A stretch of DNA of 64,000 nucleotides from NCBI GenBank assembly GCA_951406725.2, contig OX597816.1, positions 143,530,001-143,594,000 of the forward strand, given 5' to 3'. This DNA comes from Octopus vulgaris. Taxonomy: Eukaryota. The notes under the pieces are model-generated. The model was not told where the DNA came from. It saw only the letters and a list, made by a program, of their open reading frames with translations, and did no database searches. Shown in pieces: positions 40,818 to 54,085 of this stretch; position 1 is the stretch's first letter, and each line of letters begins with the position of its first letter. The position numbers were made by a program, and so were the translations under genes.

Positions 40818-41701
40818 TTATTTGCGTATATTGGAATAGATGTCATGGTGAACTGGTGTTTATAGCGGTTTTTAGAGACATTAAGCAGCTGAGAGGTTTT
40901 CTCTCGACCTCATTGAATTGATAGAGTTTAAATCTGCTGAAGTTTCTTACTTCCTCTCTTTCCTGTCCTCTAACCACTCCCACCAGTCTGGGGAAACTCT
41001 ACAAAGGTCATGGGTACTACCATTCCTCGTTTAACTAAAAATATAAATAGTTCATGAGAAATTGGTTAAGAAATTAGCACTTTTGGAATAAATCAAAACA
41101 GACAATACAGATGAATTTTCTTTGGACCTCTCTCTCTCTCCCTCTCTCTTTCTCTCTCTCCTTATTCTTGTGTGTTTCGCGATAATATGACATGCTTTGT
41201 CAATTCCTTTCTGAGTAGGAATATTTAGGTCCTGAGACTTTCTGCAGAAGTTCTGTAAAACAAGAGGCAAGATCCCACAAGCAGTCCTGGTTTAAAATTA
41301 TTTTACTTACACTGCGAATATTCTTGAAGAAAGCATGAACATCATATAATCTCATTCGTTATCTTTTGTGACCGTGTATAGAAAAGAAATCTGTAGCAGC
41401 GCATCTTGAACTAACATTTTCCTATCTGGAGGTGTTTGGTGTAAGTTATTTCCACCAGAATAAGATAAGTGTAAATGTGTGTATGTGTGTGTACGCAGAT
41501 GTTTGTAAAGTAGTGGGAATAACAAACACCAATTTGAGGCAGAAAAGTGAACTAGCACCTCTGACATGATTTGAAACACGCACCAATCGCTTGCGGACGA
41601 CCATGTTTCCAATTTACACTATTTAGAGTTGCAGGTTCATCTCAGATTAGATACTATAAATTGTTTCTGTTAATTTAATTCTATTATTTTTTCCGAACAC
41701 A

Positions 41702-42146
41702 AGCAAATTCGTTTGCACTCCATATAACCCCTCCCCCCATAACTTTTCTACTTTCGGAATTTGCACAAAATTTTTGCGAGTGTGTGTTCTGCACGGGGGA
41801 ATTCATACCGTTACGAAAAAAAAACCCCCCAGAATTGTATGTGTGATTTAAGGGCTGTCTAGTTGTTGTTTTTAGCACATCTCGTGATCACCTGATACAT
41901 TCCTCGTTTCTTTGTCACTCTGGCGTATTGATATTTTTCAATATCTTTCTCTTCATAAACACATTCAATGGTCCATTGCTGGGATTTAACCAAGAAATTC
42001 GGACTAACCGTATTTTAAACCCAGATCTTAAAAAAAAAATTAACTTCGAAAAATTAAAAAAACTTTTTCATTATCGCAAAAATTTTCTGAACACCCCCCC
42101 CCCAAATTATGAGGGGTTAATGGGATGCTTAAACCAGAATTCTGCC
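41702..42146. mobile_element. Possible old MITE with imperfect terminal inverted repeats
   Basis: gcaaattcg...taacccctc...aaaatttttgcga mirrored by tcgcaaaaatttt...gaggggtta...gaattctgc. Confidence 0.4.
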
Positions 42147-42331
42147 GCAAATTCATCAGTAGGATATACTTATTCTACTTATTTTAAATGCTACTTGTAA
42201 TATTTGATATAATTTACAATAAACCTTAATAAATTCAAAATTTCATTTGTTTTCTTAAGAAATAAGTTATACTATTTCCCAACTCAACCCTAGTTACTTC
42301 ATCTCCCCTACCACTCAAAACCATCTTCCCA

Positions 42332-42364
<33 letters not shown>

Positions 42365-42947
42365 TTTTATTGTTTTGTCTTCGAACCAAATTTTATTACA
42401 GGAATTTGCCTGTTGACTTTCAAGTTCTCTGGTCATACACATAAACAAAGAAAGAGAAACCAAGCTAATGACAGCAACATCCCCTCCCCACCAAAACAAT
42501 AAGTTAAATATAAGGTCACTCGGTGCAATCATTTAAAAGTGTCACGTTTGTTATTGTTGTCACTGTGGAGCTGATTGTTATTGGAAGCTCTAATGAGAAT
42601 CCCGTATTCTGTATTTTATTTTGATAAATCACCTGTATACACAGGAGTGTTTACTGACCCAGATGTCAGTTTGGTGTCAGAGCGTACTACCGAGCATCAG
42701 CTCAATGGTTCGTATCCCGTCACTGATCGAGCTAGCAAGTTAACATCTATTTGGTCGCTCTCAACCTGTCAGAAATAGCAGCCAAATCTCGCCCAAATCA
42801 TAACTTAAAAAAGAAGAAAATATATATTGGACAAAATAGAATGTTCAAGGCTGGAAGACCTATGATCGCTGAGAAAAGCAGCAGGTGTCAGAAACGACAG
42901 AGCGCTGGACAAAACTCTAAATTGTAAAATCGAGTATCATCACTTTA

Positions 42948-44196
42948 CACGAGAATATAAAGTTCATAGGCTGAGTATAAAGGGGGGATGATAGAACCGT
43001 GAAATTTTGCATGAATTAATTTCAAATCTTCTTCTTAATAACTGCATTGTTTCATTCCAGATGAACTCACATCTGACTGTTCAAAGAAAACTTCAAAAGT
43101 AACTACGAGCGACTTCTCTTGAAAAGGGGAAAAAATTAGCATCGGGGTGTTGTCAAGTACCTGTATAAAAGGGGTTTATCCCTCAAGATCATTCATGCTG
43201 ATATGATTGCTACGTATCAGGGGATGACCCTCCAGCTTTATTAACAGTACAAAAGTGGTAGCTGAAATTAGGAGGGGAAGGAGAGTCTTGAAGATGGCCC
43301 AAGGTATGAAGGTCCTGCAACTGCAACCACCAAAGAAAACATTAATCGTGTTCACCATATGATAGGTGATTAAATAGCCAATGCTATTGGCATATCCCGT
43401 GAAAGAGTTGAGAATAAGTTGCACAATGAACTTGGCATGACAAAGGTTTTTGCTCGGTGAATGTCACGTCTTCTGACATCTGATCAAAAGCATACCAGTC
43501 TGATCATATCACTGGAAGATTTGATATTGTTTGAGGCAGATCCAGTTTGTTTCCGTGAACGTTTCCCAATCCAGGATGAGTGTTGGGTTCATCACGTTGA
43601 GCCAGAGACAAATTGACAATCCATGAATTGGAAAAACCCCTCTTCATTTTCTCCAAAGTATGCCAAGATTGTTTCATCTGCACGGAAGGTGACGGTTTCG
43701 GGTTTTTCTTAATGCAAAAAGCATTGTGTTTACCGACTATCCTCAAAAGAGTCACACCATCAATCGAGAGTAATATGCCAACTTGCAGAGGCAGTTATGA
43801 AAGCCTACCAAGACCGAACATTCAGGAAAACTGACGAAAGGGATCTTGTTTAATCAGGATAATGCTCCAACACACAACTCCTTGGTTTTAACGGTTGCTG
43901 TGCGTGACTGTGGCTTTGAACAGGTTGACCACTCTCCCTATTCTCCTGATTTTGCCCTATCTGTTCTCCAACATGAAAAAAATACATGACTAGGAACCAA
44001 TATCGCAGTGATGCTGACGTCATATCTGCTGTTGATTTTTTAATCAAGAGAATGAAAGATTCTTTACCAATGGGAACTAAGCACTACAACATTAAAGGAA
44101 GAAGTGTATGGGTTTCAACAGAAAAATAAATCTCATTTGGTTACATTCCTTGAGAGTATTTTGGTCAGCCTATTAACCTTTCAGCCGACCCTCGTA
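42948..44196 (+). mobile_element. Full-length degenerate mariner (~1.25 kb)
   Basis: TIR remnants aagttcataggctga / tcagcctattaacctttcagccgaccctcgta; decayed R-W-V-P-R-L-L-T-like, QDECWVHH, QDNAPTH, YSPDFA motifs. Confidence 0.85.
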
Positions 44197-44487
44197 ATTT
44201 GAGCTCAAATCGTACTGCTGTGACCTTGCCTTATATCTTTAATAAGTACCAGTCAAATACATATATCGATTAACTCGACTACACCACACTCACCAGTGTT
44301 TGTGGTGAAATACTAGAAGTGTCTATTATCATTGAGAGAAAGAATGCTGAAGACGGTTGTGATAACTTTGATTATCTAATTCGAGAGATAAAATGCGGTC
44401 AAGTTTTACATTGTCTCCCTTAGATCTCGATAAAATAAGTACGAATTGTGTACCAAGATTGATTTATTCAACTCTAATTCATACGTC

Positions 44488-44711
44488 TTTTATCTTTTAT
44501 CTTTTACTTGTTTCAGTCATTTGACTAGGGCCATGCTGGGGTATCGTCTTGGAGAGTTTTAGCCAAAGGTATTGACCCCGGTACTTATTTTTAAAGCCTA
44601 GTACTTATACTATCGGGCTCTCTTGTTGAACCGCTAGTTTACGGGGATGTAAACACGCCAACATCGGTTGTCAAGCGGTTATGAAGGGACAAACTCAGAC
44701 ACAAAGGCACA

Positions 44712-44789
<78 letters not shown>

Positions 44790-44843
44790 CATGCATACAT
44801 ACATGCATTCATACGTATATACATACATACATACATACATACA

Positions 44844-44874
<31 letters not shown>

Positions 44875-44992
44875 TATACGATGGGCTTCTTTCAGTTTCC
44901 GTCTATCAAATCCACTCACATGGCTTTGGTCGGCCCGCGGCTGTCACGTCACCCAGTGGGACTGAAGCCGAAACCATGTGGTTAGGAAACAA
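44488..44992 (-). mobile_element. SINE family B, diverged, internal (TA)n(TACA)n
   Basis: Tail and 5' portion match family B. Confidence 0.8.
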
Positions 44993-45602
44993 GGGATCTG
45001 TGGTAGTGCTGTTTTTCTGTTCAGTGCAGAATGCGTGTACTAAGCGTTAGTTATTTCAAATGAGTGTCCTTAATAAAAATTCAATAGAGACGATACGGAT
45101 GCAAAGCATGTGCAGTCTACTTTATAGATACCAGGTAATTAGACGAGGAGACGCCTTCTCGTATCTTCACATTGGCGCCCCGTCATCTATGTGGTTAAGG
45201 AATATGGATTTCAATATCCTTGCTTATCTAAACGCAGCTTGTATAATCCATAGTTGCTGTAAACAGTGGCAGCGAGGTAAACTTGAATGTTTAGTTGGCT
45301 TGCAGCAGGAAAAGTGAATCAGTAATAGACTAATGACCTATCCCGTGAAGGTTTTATCTCTCATCTTCAAAAGCTTAAACTATTAGCAAGAATTGTTTAC
45401 AATATTGTGAATTTCTACATTTGAGGGATGATTGGCATGCAGATTATCAACATTTTTAAAACCAGCTTCCTACCTTTTCCATGTTTTGCTTATATAAAGC
45501 TGAAAGGAACTGTTCAATAAGAACAACAACAACAGCTACAGCGTTACAATCCTTAGGAGTAACAAACATATTTTCGAGTTAAAACACCTACCAGAAAGAG
45601 AA

Positions 45603-45634
<32 letters not shown>

Positions 45635-45664
45635 CAGTCAGAGGGAGATGGAGAGAGAGAGAGA

Positions 45665-45708
<44 letters not shown>

Positions 45709-45835
45709 ACTAGAGAGTTGCCATTTTTGCTGTAGGTGGCAGGAGTGTTTCGTTGGCGTGCAGTTCTGAACTCAAAACTTCCAAAGAACAAAGGCCACAC
45801 ACACACTCGAGCATGCCGAGACACACACATACACC

Positions 45836-45920
<85 letters not shown>

Positions 45921-46406
45921 TCACTCACTCAAAAAATAAAGCATCGATGACGACGATAACAACCTATGTCAGGCTTTCGAATTCTACATTTGTGGTAAAA
46001 CGTCTTGCAATATATTTCGCTAAGAGGAGCAGCCCTTTGCTACTAACAACTCTTCTTCATTCGGGTTAACATATACACTAGAGAGAGAGAGAGAGAAAGC
46101 CTGTACTTTATACAGACTATGGTTGAGCGTCATTCAATAACACGAAAAAGAAACTATTTTCGGTCGTTCAAGTTGCTAAAAATAACAAATAAGTGTCTTT
46201 TGGATCATATGCAACCGATTCAGAACACGAGGAAAGGACATATTGAATATTTAAGTCTAAGATATTCGACAGTTGAAGAAAAGACGGGTTGGTTACGACT
46301 AGAATAACTCTGATCATAGGTCAGTACAATCAGGACAGAGCCTGGGGCTAAACAATCACAGTAACAAGTAACACCAACAACAGTAATGTACTTTATATTA
46401 TATCTT

Positions 46407-46645
46407 AAAGGCGGCGAGCTGGCAGAAACGTTGTTAACGCGCCGGCCGAAATGCTTAGCTGTATTTCGTCTGCCGCTACGTTCTGAGTTCAAATTCCGCC
46501 GAGGTCGACTTTGCTTTTCATCCTTTCGGGGTCGATAAATTAAGCACCAGTTACGCACTGGGGTCGATGTAATCGACTTAATCCGTTTGTCTGTCCTTGT
46601 TTGTCCCCTCTATGTTTAGCCCCTTGTGGGCAATAAAGAAAAATA
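46407..46645 (+). mobile_element. Young full-length SINE family A monomer with 13-bp TSD
   Basis: tatattatatctt at 46394-46406 and 46646-46658. Confidence 0.92.
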
Positions 46646-48503
46646 TATATTATATCTTTTAAACAATTAAATGAGGTTCGTTATTCTCCAACGATGGTCA
46701 GGAAGGCGTTGTTTGGTGGAGCAATGTTTGTGTTTCTCACTTTTTGGAGAAACTAAGTTATCAAACACTCATTTCATAAGAACCTTCTTTTCTTGTATGC
46801 ACATTTTCTTTCCCTTCCTTCTACTCATGTCTTTCTTTCTTTCTTTCTTTCTTTGATTTCTTACTTAGGCACTTACCAAAATGTTTTTGAAAGGGAATAG
46901 AACAATTGATTGAAATAATTTTAGTCTATTGTTGTTATTCATTTTTCCGACCCCAGGGAGATGATGAGGATACAGTCGATACCGATGGGCAAATTTGAAC
47001 TGCATTTTCAATGCAGTAGAACGTCATTAATACAGAGCCGTCCCTAAGATAAGTATTGGAGAGAAAGAGAGAGAGAGAGAGAGAGGTAGAGAAAGAGGGA
47101 GAGAGAAAGCGAGAGAAGGGTAGAGACGCTTTTAAAAAGAGAGATGTCACTGTAAAGTTACAAAACAGATACGTCGCAGTAAATTCTACAAAACAGACGT
47201 CTCTGCGCTTCAATATTTTCTGACTCCGCCTAAACTGCAACACTTAGTGACGTTTCTATTGTACTGAGTGTGCAATTCAAAATTAGTCCATGGTTATCAA
47301 CTGTATCCAAACTCTCTTGCTGGGATCGGGGAAAGATACTTAGATTAATTCAATCATTTTATTCCCTTGCAAAAAACAGTAAATACAGGAAAACAGATAC
47401 ACCACAGTAAATACTAAAATACAACACAGAGAGACGTCATACTAAATACTGGAATGTAGAAAGACGTTACAACAATATTACAAAACGGAGATGTCAAAGT
47501 GCGACAGAAAAACGTTACTAAAATACTTTCACGCTGAGAGACGTCACTAAAGAGTGGAAGGCATTTAGGCCAACGCTAAGCTTCTAACAATTGACAACGG
47601 AAGTGTTTTATTATTTTTTATGTCTAAAAGGTAAATTTACTTCATAGCTCTCACATCACAAAAAAGCCTGTGCATATCAAATTAAAGAAACATTTCTGTA
47701 GGAGAAAGTGATAAAAATAAAAGGAAAATAAAATAACACTAGTAGAAACACATTCTGGTTTGTTTTCAGCATCAAGTTAAAAAAGAAAGGAAAGAAATAA
47801 GATAAATAAGAAGATACATAAGACTGATGGGAATGTTTCAGCTGTCCAGATCTAGCTTTCAACTTCATATTTATGTCCTCCAGATGTCTGTTCCAGGCAG
47901 ACAAGAAATCTGCAGTGCCATTCTCGCCTGCCCTACATATACACGCGCGCGCACATACACATGATGTGTGCACACATACACAATCATGGACACAAACACA
48001 CATACACACACACATATACACCCTCATTACATACATATATATGTATATATGTATACGTATACATACATACATACATACATACATGTGTCTGTGCGCGTCA
48101 GTGCGATTGAGTTACTGGAGATATCCTTATTGCTATATGCGTCCATGTGTGTGTATGTGCGTGTGTGTGTGTGTGTGTGTGTATTTGTATACATACGTAC
48201 ATATGTGCACACATGTATATATATCTATTTATATGCTTGTATGTGTTTATGTTTACGATGGAACAGTAACTCAGAAAGCATTAGAGATGACTCACAGAAA
48301 GATAAGGAACAAAGAAAAGAAAAAAAATTAAGAATTGAATAAATAAATAAATAAATTAGTCACCCTTCAAGTTTAACAGGTTACAGAGAAATCTTTTTCT
48401 TTTTTTCCTTTTTGTACAATTTTGAACCATATATATGATATGTGACACACGCACATATATACATACACACACATATATACATATATATATTCATGTACAT
48501 ATA

Positions 48504-48550
<47 letters not shown>

Positions 48551-48671
48551 ATAATAGAACGAATGGTTTACACCTGGTAGCTTACTGGTAGAGCATAGTC
48601 ACTTTCAGAATGATCGTTTGGTATATAACAAATGGAAGACAGAAAATGGAATGCATGAAAATTTATTATTA

Positions 48672-48781
48672 ATCATGACAATTGTTTCGACACACCCAGC
48701 ATCGATCCCTTACGGGTGGGACACTCAACAACTGGTTCAGGAGCATCCAGTGGTGAGTGCAGATGTATCTCGTCGGGGGAT
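48672..48781 (-). ncRNA. Hammerhead ribozyme-like motif with CCGACGA core and long stem II
   Basis: CCGACGA-GATACATCT...GGGTGTGTC-GAAA-CAATT-GTC-ATGAT; palindromic stem III ACAATTGT; stem I poorly paired in this arm (better in the sister arm). Confidence 0.6.
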
Positions 48782-48939
48782 AAATACATAAAAACAACTC
48801 GTTAAAATGACTGTTCCACAATGTAACTTACTGTTTTGTAGAGAGAAAAACAGCCAGACGGAGGAAAGATCTTCATATATATAGATCAAAAATAAAATTG
48901 CAGAAGGCAAAAAGAGAAACGAGTTGTTTTTATTTATTT

Positions 48940-49039
48940 ATCACCCGACGAGATACATCTGCACCACCGGATGCTCCTGAACCAGTTGTTGAGTGTCCCA
49001 CAAGAGGAATCGATGCTAGATGTGTCGAAACAATGTGAT
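48940..49039 (+). ncRNA. Second copy of the CCGACGA hammerhead, cleavage site deleted
   Basis: ATCAC-CCGACGA-GATACATCT...AGATGTGTC-GAAA-CAAT-[TGTC missing]-GTGAT. Confidence 0.55.
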
Positions 49040-49106
49040 TAATAGTAAATTCTCGTATATTCCATCTTCTGGCTTCATTTGTTAGATACGTACATACATA
49101 CATACA

Positions 49107-49212
<106 letters not shown>

Positions 49213-49219
49213 TATGCAT

Positions 49220-49912
49220 ATATGGGTAATGGGTAATGGAAGTCACTAACAATAAACAACATGAAATACGAAAACAAATGAGTTCAATACGCAAACAACG
49301 AGAGAAACAAAGGGAAAACAGGACAAGTAACATAAAACACGACCTTTCATCAGTTGTCGGCTGTCTATCTACGCGTCATTTCGAGCATTGAACGATGATA
49401 TAAGTCTGCGAAAACAGTTGCTCCCATAAGTACCAAAATATAATTTGGGATTTATGGAGGATCAAAGTTGAGAACAAAAACAGGACAGTGGAGACATACA
49501 ATAGAAACCGGACGAAAACAAACATGGAGGGTTGTTAGACCAGAAAGAGGGTAAAATAGCGAACGCTGGAGAAATATTTTCTTTGACACGAGAAAAGATA
49601 GAATAGAGAGATGGGATAGTACAGTCCTTAGGACAATCTTGAAAGAAAAGAAAGATGATCATGCGAGGAAAAGAAAGATGGACGATGGTCACGTGTGAGC
49701 AACGAGAGCGAGAGAATAGGAGAAAGAGGGGGAGAGAGAGGTACAGATAGAAAACGGCGAAGGATAGAAAAAAAGGAATTAGAGAAAAGATGGAAGAGAA
49801 AAGGACTCTACTCTATACTGTTTTTCTCCCCCATCGTTTCTCTCGTTGTTTGCGTATTGAACCCATTTGTTTTCGTATTTCACATTGTTTACTGTTGGTG
49901 ACGTCCTGCACC
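49220..49912. mobile_element. Penelope-like fragment with ~67-bp terminal inverted repeats between (TA)n tracts
   Basis: 49242-49308 vs 49836-49902 inverted; purine-rich interior. Confidence 0.6.
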
Positions 49913-49930
49913 TATATATATATATATATA

Positions 49931-50650
49931 TAACGGGAAGCTTTATGAAAATAAACAAAAGACGAAGGCAGGTGGAGTACAAACAAACAATTGTATTAGT
50001 ATGGCGCTCAGGAATATAAATAAAACAAGTCTTTTACGTTTCGAGCCTACGCTCTTCAACAGAAAGATACACAGAAAAGAAACACGGAGAGAAACAAGGA
50101 GAGAAAAAAAATGCGTGCCAGAAGTCAGAGATCAAACGTGAGACGCAAGAGCGAAAATAGGGAAGATAACAGGGTCAAATGATTTCGCCCCAACATAAGG
50201 GTGCGTGTGTGTATGAGAGAGTATGTAGTGCGTATGAAAGGTCTGGACGTGTGTATGTATGTATGATGCGATGTGTAATGTCGTATGGTGTAGTGTAGAG
50301 AGAGGAGATGAGGGGAGAGTGGAGGAGGAGGGAGGAGATGAGGGAGGATATGAGGGGGGAGAGGGGGAGAGGGGAAGAGGGGGAGAAGGAAAGAGGAGAA
50401 GAGGAGGGAGGAGTGAGAAGAGGAAAGGTGAGAGTGAGGAGGGTGAGATGAGGGGGGAGGGTGAGAGGGGAAGAAGGAAAGAAGGAGGGGGTGAGGGTGA
50501 GATGAGATGAGGGGAGGGGGTGAAATGAGGGTGAGGGTGAGCGGGGGGAAAAAAGGAAAGAGGAGAAGAGGAGGGAGGAGGGAGTATATAAAGCTAAGCA
50601 AGTCCAGCACTCCTTTATGTGCAGATAGTTGATCCATATGCACCAATGAA
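49931..50650 (-). mobile_element. Penelope-like 3' terminal region with pyrimidine-rich tract, ending in (TA)n
   Basis: Contains the hammerhead motif at 50030-50067 and a low-complexity GA tract at ~50300-50585. Confidence 0.55.
50030..50067 (-). ncRNA. Minimal hammerhead ribozyme (CTGTTGA core variant)
   Basis: TCTTT-CTGTTGA-A-GAGC gtag GCTC-GAAA-C-GTA-AAAGA; stems I and II perfectly paired; palindromic ACGT stem III. Confidence 0.65.
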
Positions 50651-52639
50651 CTTGCATGGTTCCATCAAAAATGGCTCAAAAGACTCCTGGAGATCAGTTA
50701 ATAGGAGAAATACTTTAGAGTTAGCGTCCTCGACCCCGTTTATACGAATATTGAAACCTCTTTTAGCCAACCACCTGAAACACATTGTATGTCATTTAAT
50801 AAGAATGATTATTATCCATAGTGGTTGATACCAAAGGAAGTCTTTTCTACACAGCCTTAAATTCGTCAAGATCTGTATCTCCTCCTATAAAAAAAAAACA
50901 CTCCTATAATTGTCATGGTCTGTAAACGAACTTAATTAATGCAACTAGACAGGTAAATGGGAAAAGATTTTGACTGCAGTGAATAGCGAGTCACTTGTTA
51001 AAATAACATATAACAGTTTGAGTCTACACACTTTCAGAATTGCCATTTAGAGACTGACTTCTCTAAGTTGCCATAACAGAGGCTTTATAACATACATAAA
51101 ATCATGCATTCAAACATTGCCACCAGCAATGATACTAACAGTGTACAATAACAAATAAATGCGAACATAAAAACAGCAATACTGAACATTATATTACTAA
51201 ACATGGTATTACTATAATAAAAATACATTTTCCCAAACGTCATCAAACGTCCCACTACTCTACAAACATCAATTACAGTATCTTAACATAAGCCCAAAGA
51301 CTTACAGTTTGGAAGCCTTTATTGCATACGGGGCATCCTAGTAAAAACAAACATAATATTTACACTAGCTTCCACAATTCCATAACAAGGAATTTCCCAA
51401 CTTTCATCTTCTGGCAAATCACTGTCCATCATACTGTATTATCATATTCACAAAACAATCCCACAGCGAAAGGGAAACTCATTCAAAACTTTCAGCAAAC
51501 TCGGTGGAACCATTTTCGAACAAGAGACATAATTATAGACCACAGAATTCTGCCATAACACAATCCCTAATATGGACACAACAGTAGAAGTCAATATATA
51601 CATATATATATATATATAGCTCAAGGCAACACACACACACACACACGTACGCACACACACAAACACGTATGCACACACACACACATTCACGCACACACAT
51701 TCACACACGCACACATTCACATACATACACACAACACACACGCATACACACACACACACACACACACACTTAAACGTATACACTCACAAACATATTCACA
51801 CATACACACAACACACACACATTCACACACGCATACATTCACATACATACACACACACACATAAAGTATACACATTCTCACAAACACATTCACACACACA
51901 CAACACACACATTCACACATGCACACATTCACACACGCACACATTCACACGCATACACACACAACACACACGCATATACACACAGACACACACACATACA
52001 TACATACATGCATATATACATACACACGGACACACACACATACATACATACATACATACATACATACATACATACATACACAGCAAATTTACACAGTTTC
52101 ATCAGAACATAAAAAGCAATAGAAATAAAACTGAATCAAACGACAAAATAAAGAAATAATGAAAAAATATAAATCAAAGATAAGCATAAAAATTAACAAA
52201 AATTTGCATCCAACACAAATCATAAAACAATAAAACACTACACGAAATACTACAATTAACGATTCTAACAATAGCCACACCACATCGCATGTTATAAGAG
52301 CAATTTCAAGTTTAGGTTGACTTCATTATTAAACACTTTTCAGTTACAAAGATCCACAACAGAGAAACAAAGCGTAAGATACACGCCCTGCCACTGGTCC
52401 ATGACCATGACACTTTCCTTCTGCTGGATACATGAAAAACAATAAAGAAATTTTTTAAATGATAAAGCTTCAGAGTTTGACAAAATCGTTTCCATGTATA
52501 CAAGACAGGCTACGGCCTGAAGTATTAGCAATGTCTTAAACTAGTCGTATATCACTATCCGATACGTAAAGTCTGGAAACTGAAAAATTATGGTGTTTCT
52601 AAAATCTTACGTAATACGTAACATAGAAGCATCACAGAA

Positions 52640-53540
52640 ACCCATCAGCACTTTGTGCATACCTTCAAATCACAAAGACTTCTCGACTCCTGTTATACAT
52701 CACCAAGTCATACATTCCTCCTTTCAATTCACGCAACATGGATTCACCTACTAAGATTAGCCGCCACACTACTCACGGACTATAAATAAAGAATACACGA
52801 CGGTATCAACCTTTACATGCACTGTCCTAGCTATCCGTTATACGAATAAAGCGATGGACATGCATAAAATACTCAATCTCATAAAAAAATACTCGAAATA
52901 TTACCTACAAAACTACCTCTCAAATCGCCAAACATACACAGAATTCAATAAAACAACGAATCTTCACTTTCCCAAACGATGTAGCGTATGGATCCATCCT
53001 CTCATTCATTCTTTTTGACTTATAACTATCGACCTGCTCACACTGTCACAAAAATGCACTAGCGTTATACACAGGTGACTTTATAGTTACATCTCATCAT
53101 TTCATGGACACAGTTTCATCATTTAGAAACATAGCTTCAAGAACATCTCAATCAAATGCCACACCAAAATGACATGAAACATACCCCTACACAGTAGACA
53201 AAAATAATTACAATTACGTGCAAAACCGCTTTAGAATTCATTCACAGCAAACGTACAACAAAGTAAGACTTTTGAAGAACTAACAGACACCACGTTTAGT
53301 CAACGAATGTAACAACATCAAATTAAATGACAAAGAATATAAACGCCGCACTTCGCATCGTCAAATTGAACGCGAACCACACATACAGACAAGCTGAAAT
53401 ATTGACGTAAACATGGAAGATTGTTTGGGCATGCATAAAGCACAGTTTATTGTCGTCGCAAGTTTCAGTACGAATAGTTCCTGCAAAATCACTCCCAAAG
53501 ACATCCATAATGCATCAGCACACTATCACAATGCCTTACA
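52640..53540 (+). pseudogene. Highly decayed non-LTR RT relic (I/Jockey-group-like)
   Basis: NDVAYGSILSFILFDL ~ GVPQGSxLSPxLF; ALYTGDF ~ YADD region; INAALRIV ~ QNAALRIV. Confidence 0.45.
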
Positions 53541-53550
53541 AAAACCACCA

Positions 53551-54041
<491 letters not shown>

Positions 54042-54085
54042 GAATAAATGAAAGAATGAAGTCGAACGAAGATTTTAACAAAATT

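Larger units (their letters stand above)
48549..49088. mobile_element. Penelope-derived foldback insert (~170-180-bp inverted arms) between (TA)n and (TACA)n
   Basis: 48621-48803 is an imperfect reverse complement of 48918-49088; each arm carries a hammerhead motif. Confidence 0.75.

Noticed and set aside
42645-42707. Possible plus-strand exon GVFTDPDVSLVSERTTEHQLN
   Set aside because: Weak polypyrimidine tract and donor, no partner exon, no recognisable protein
50125-50657. 160-173-aa Pro/Ser/Leu-rich ORFs
   Set aside because: Low-complexity CT tract within a Penelope-like terminal region
52511-52550. Hammerhead-like tacggc-CTGAAGT...TAAA-CTAGTC-gta (similar weak case at 7675-7735 minus)
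   Set aside because: Both conserved boxes are mutated and stem II is unpaired; cannot be distinguished from chance without a family consensus
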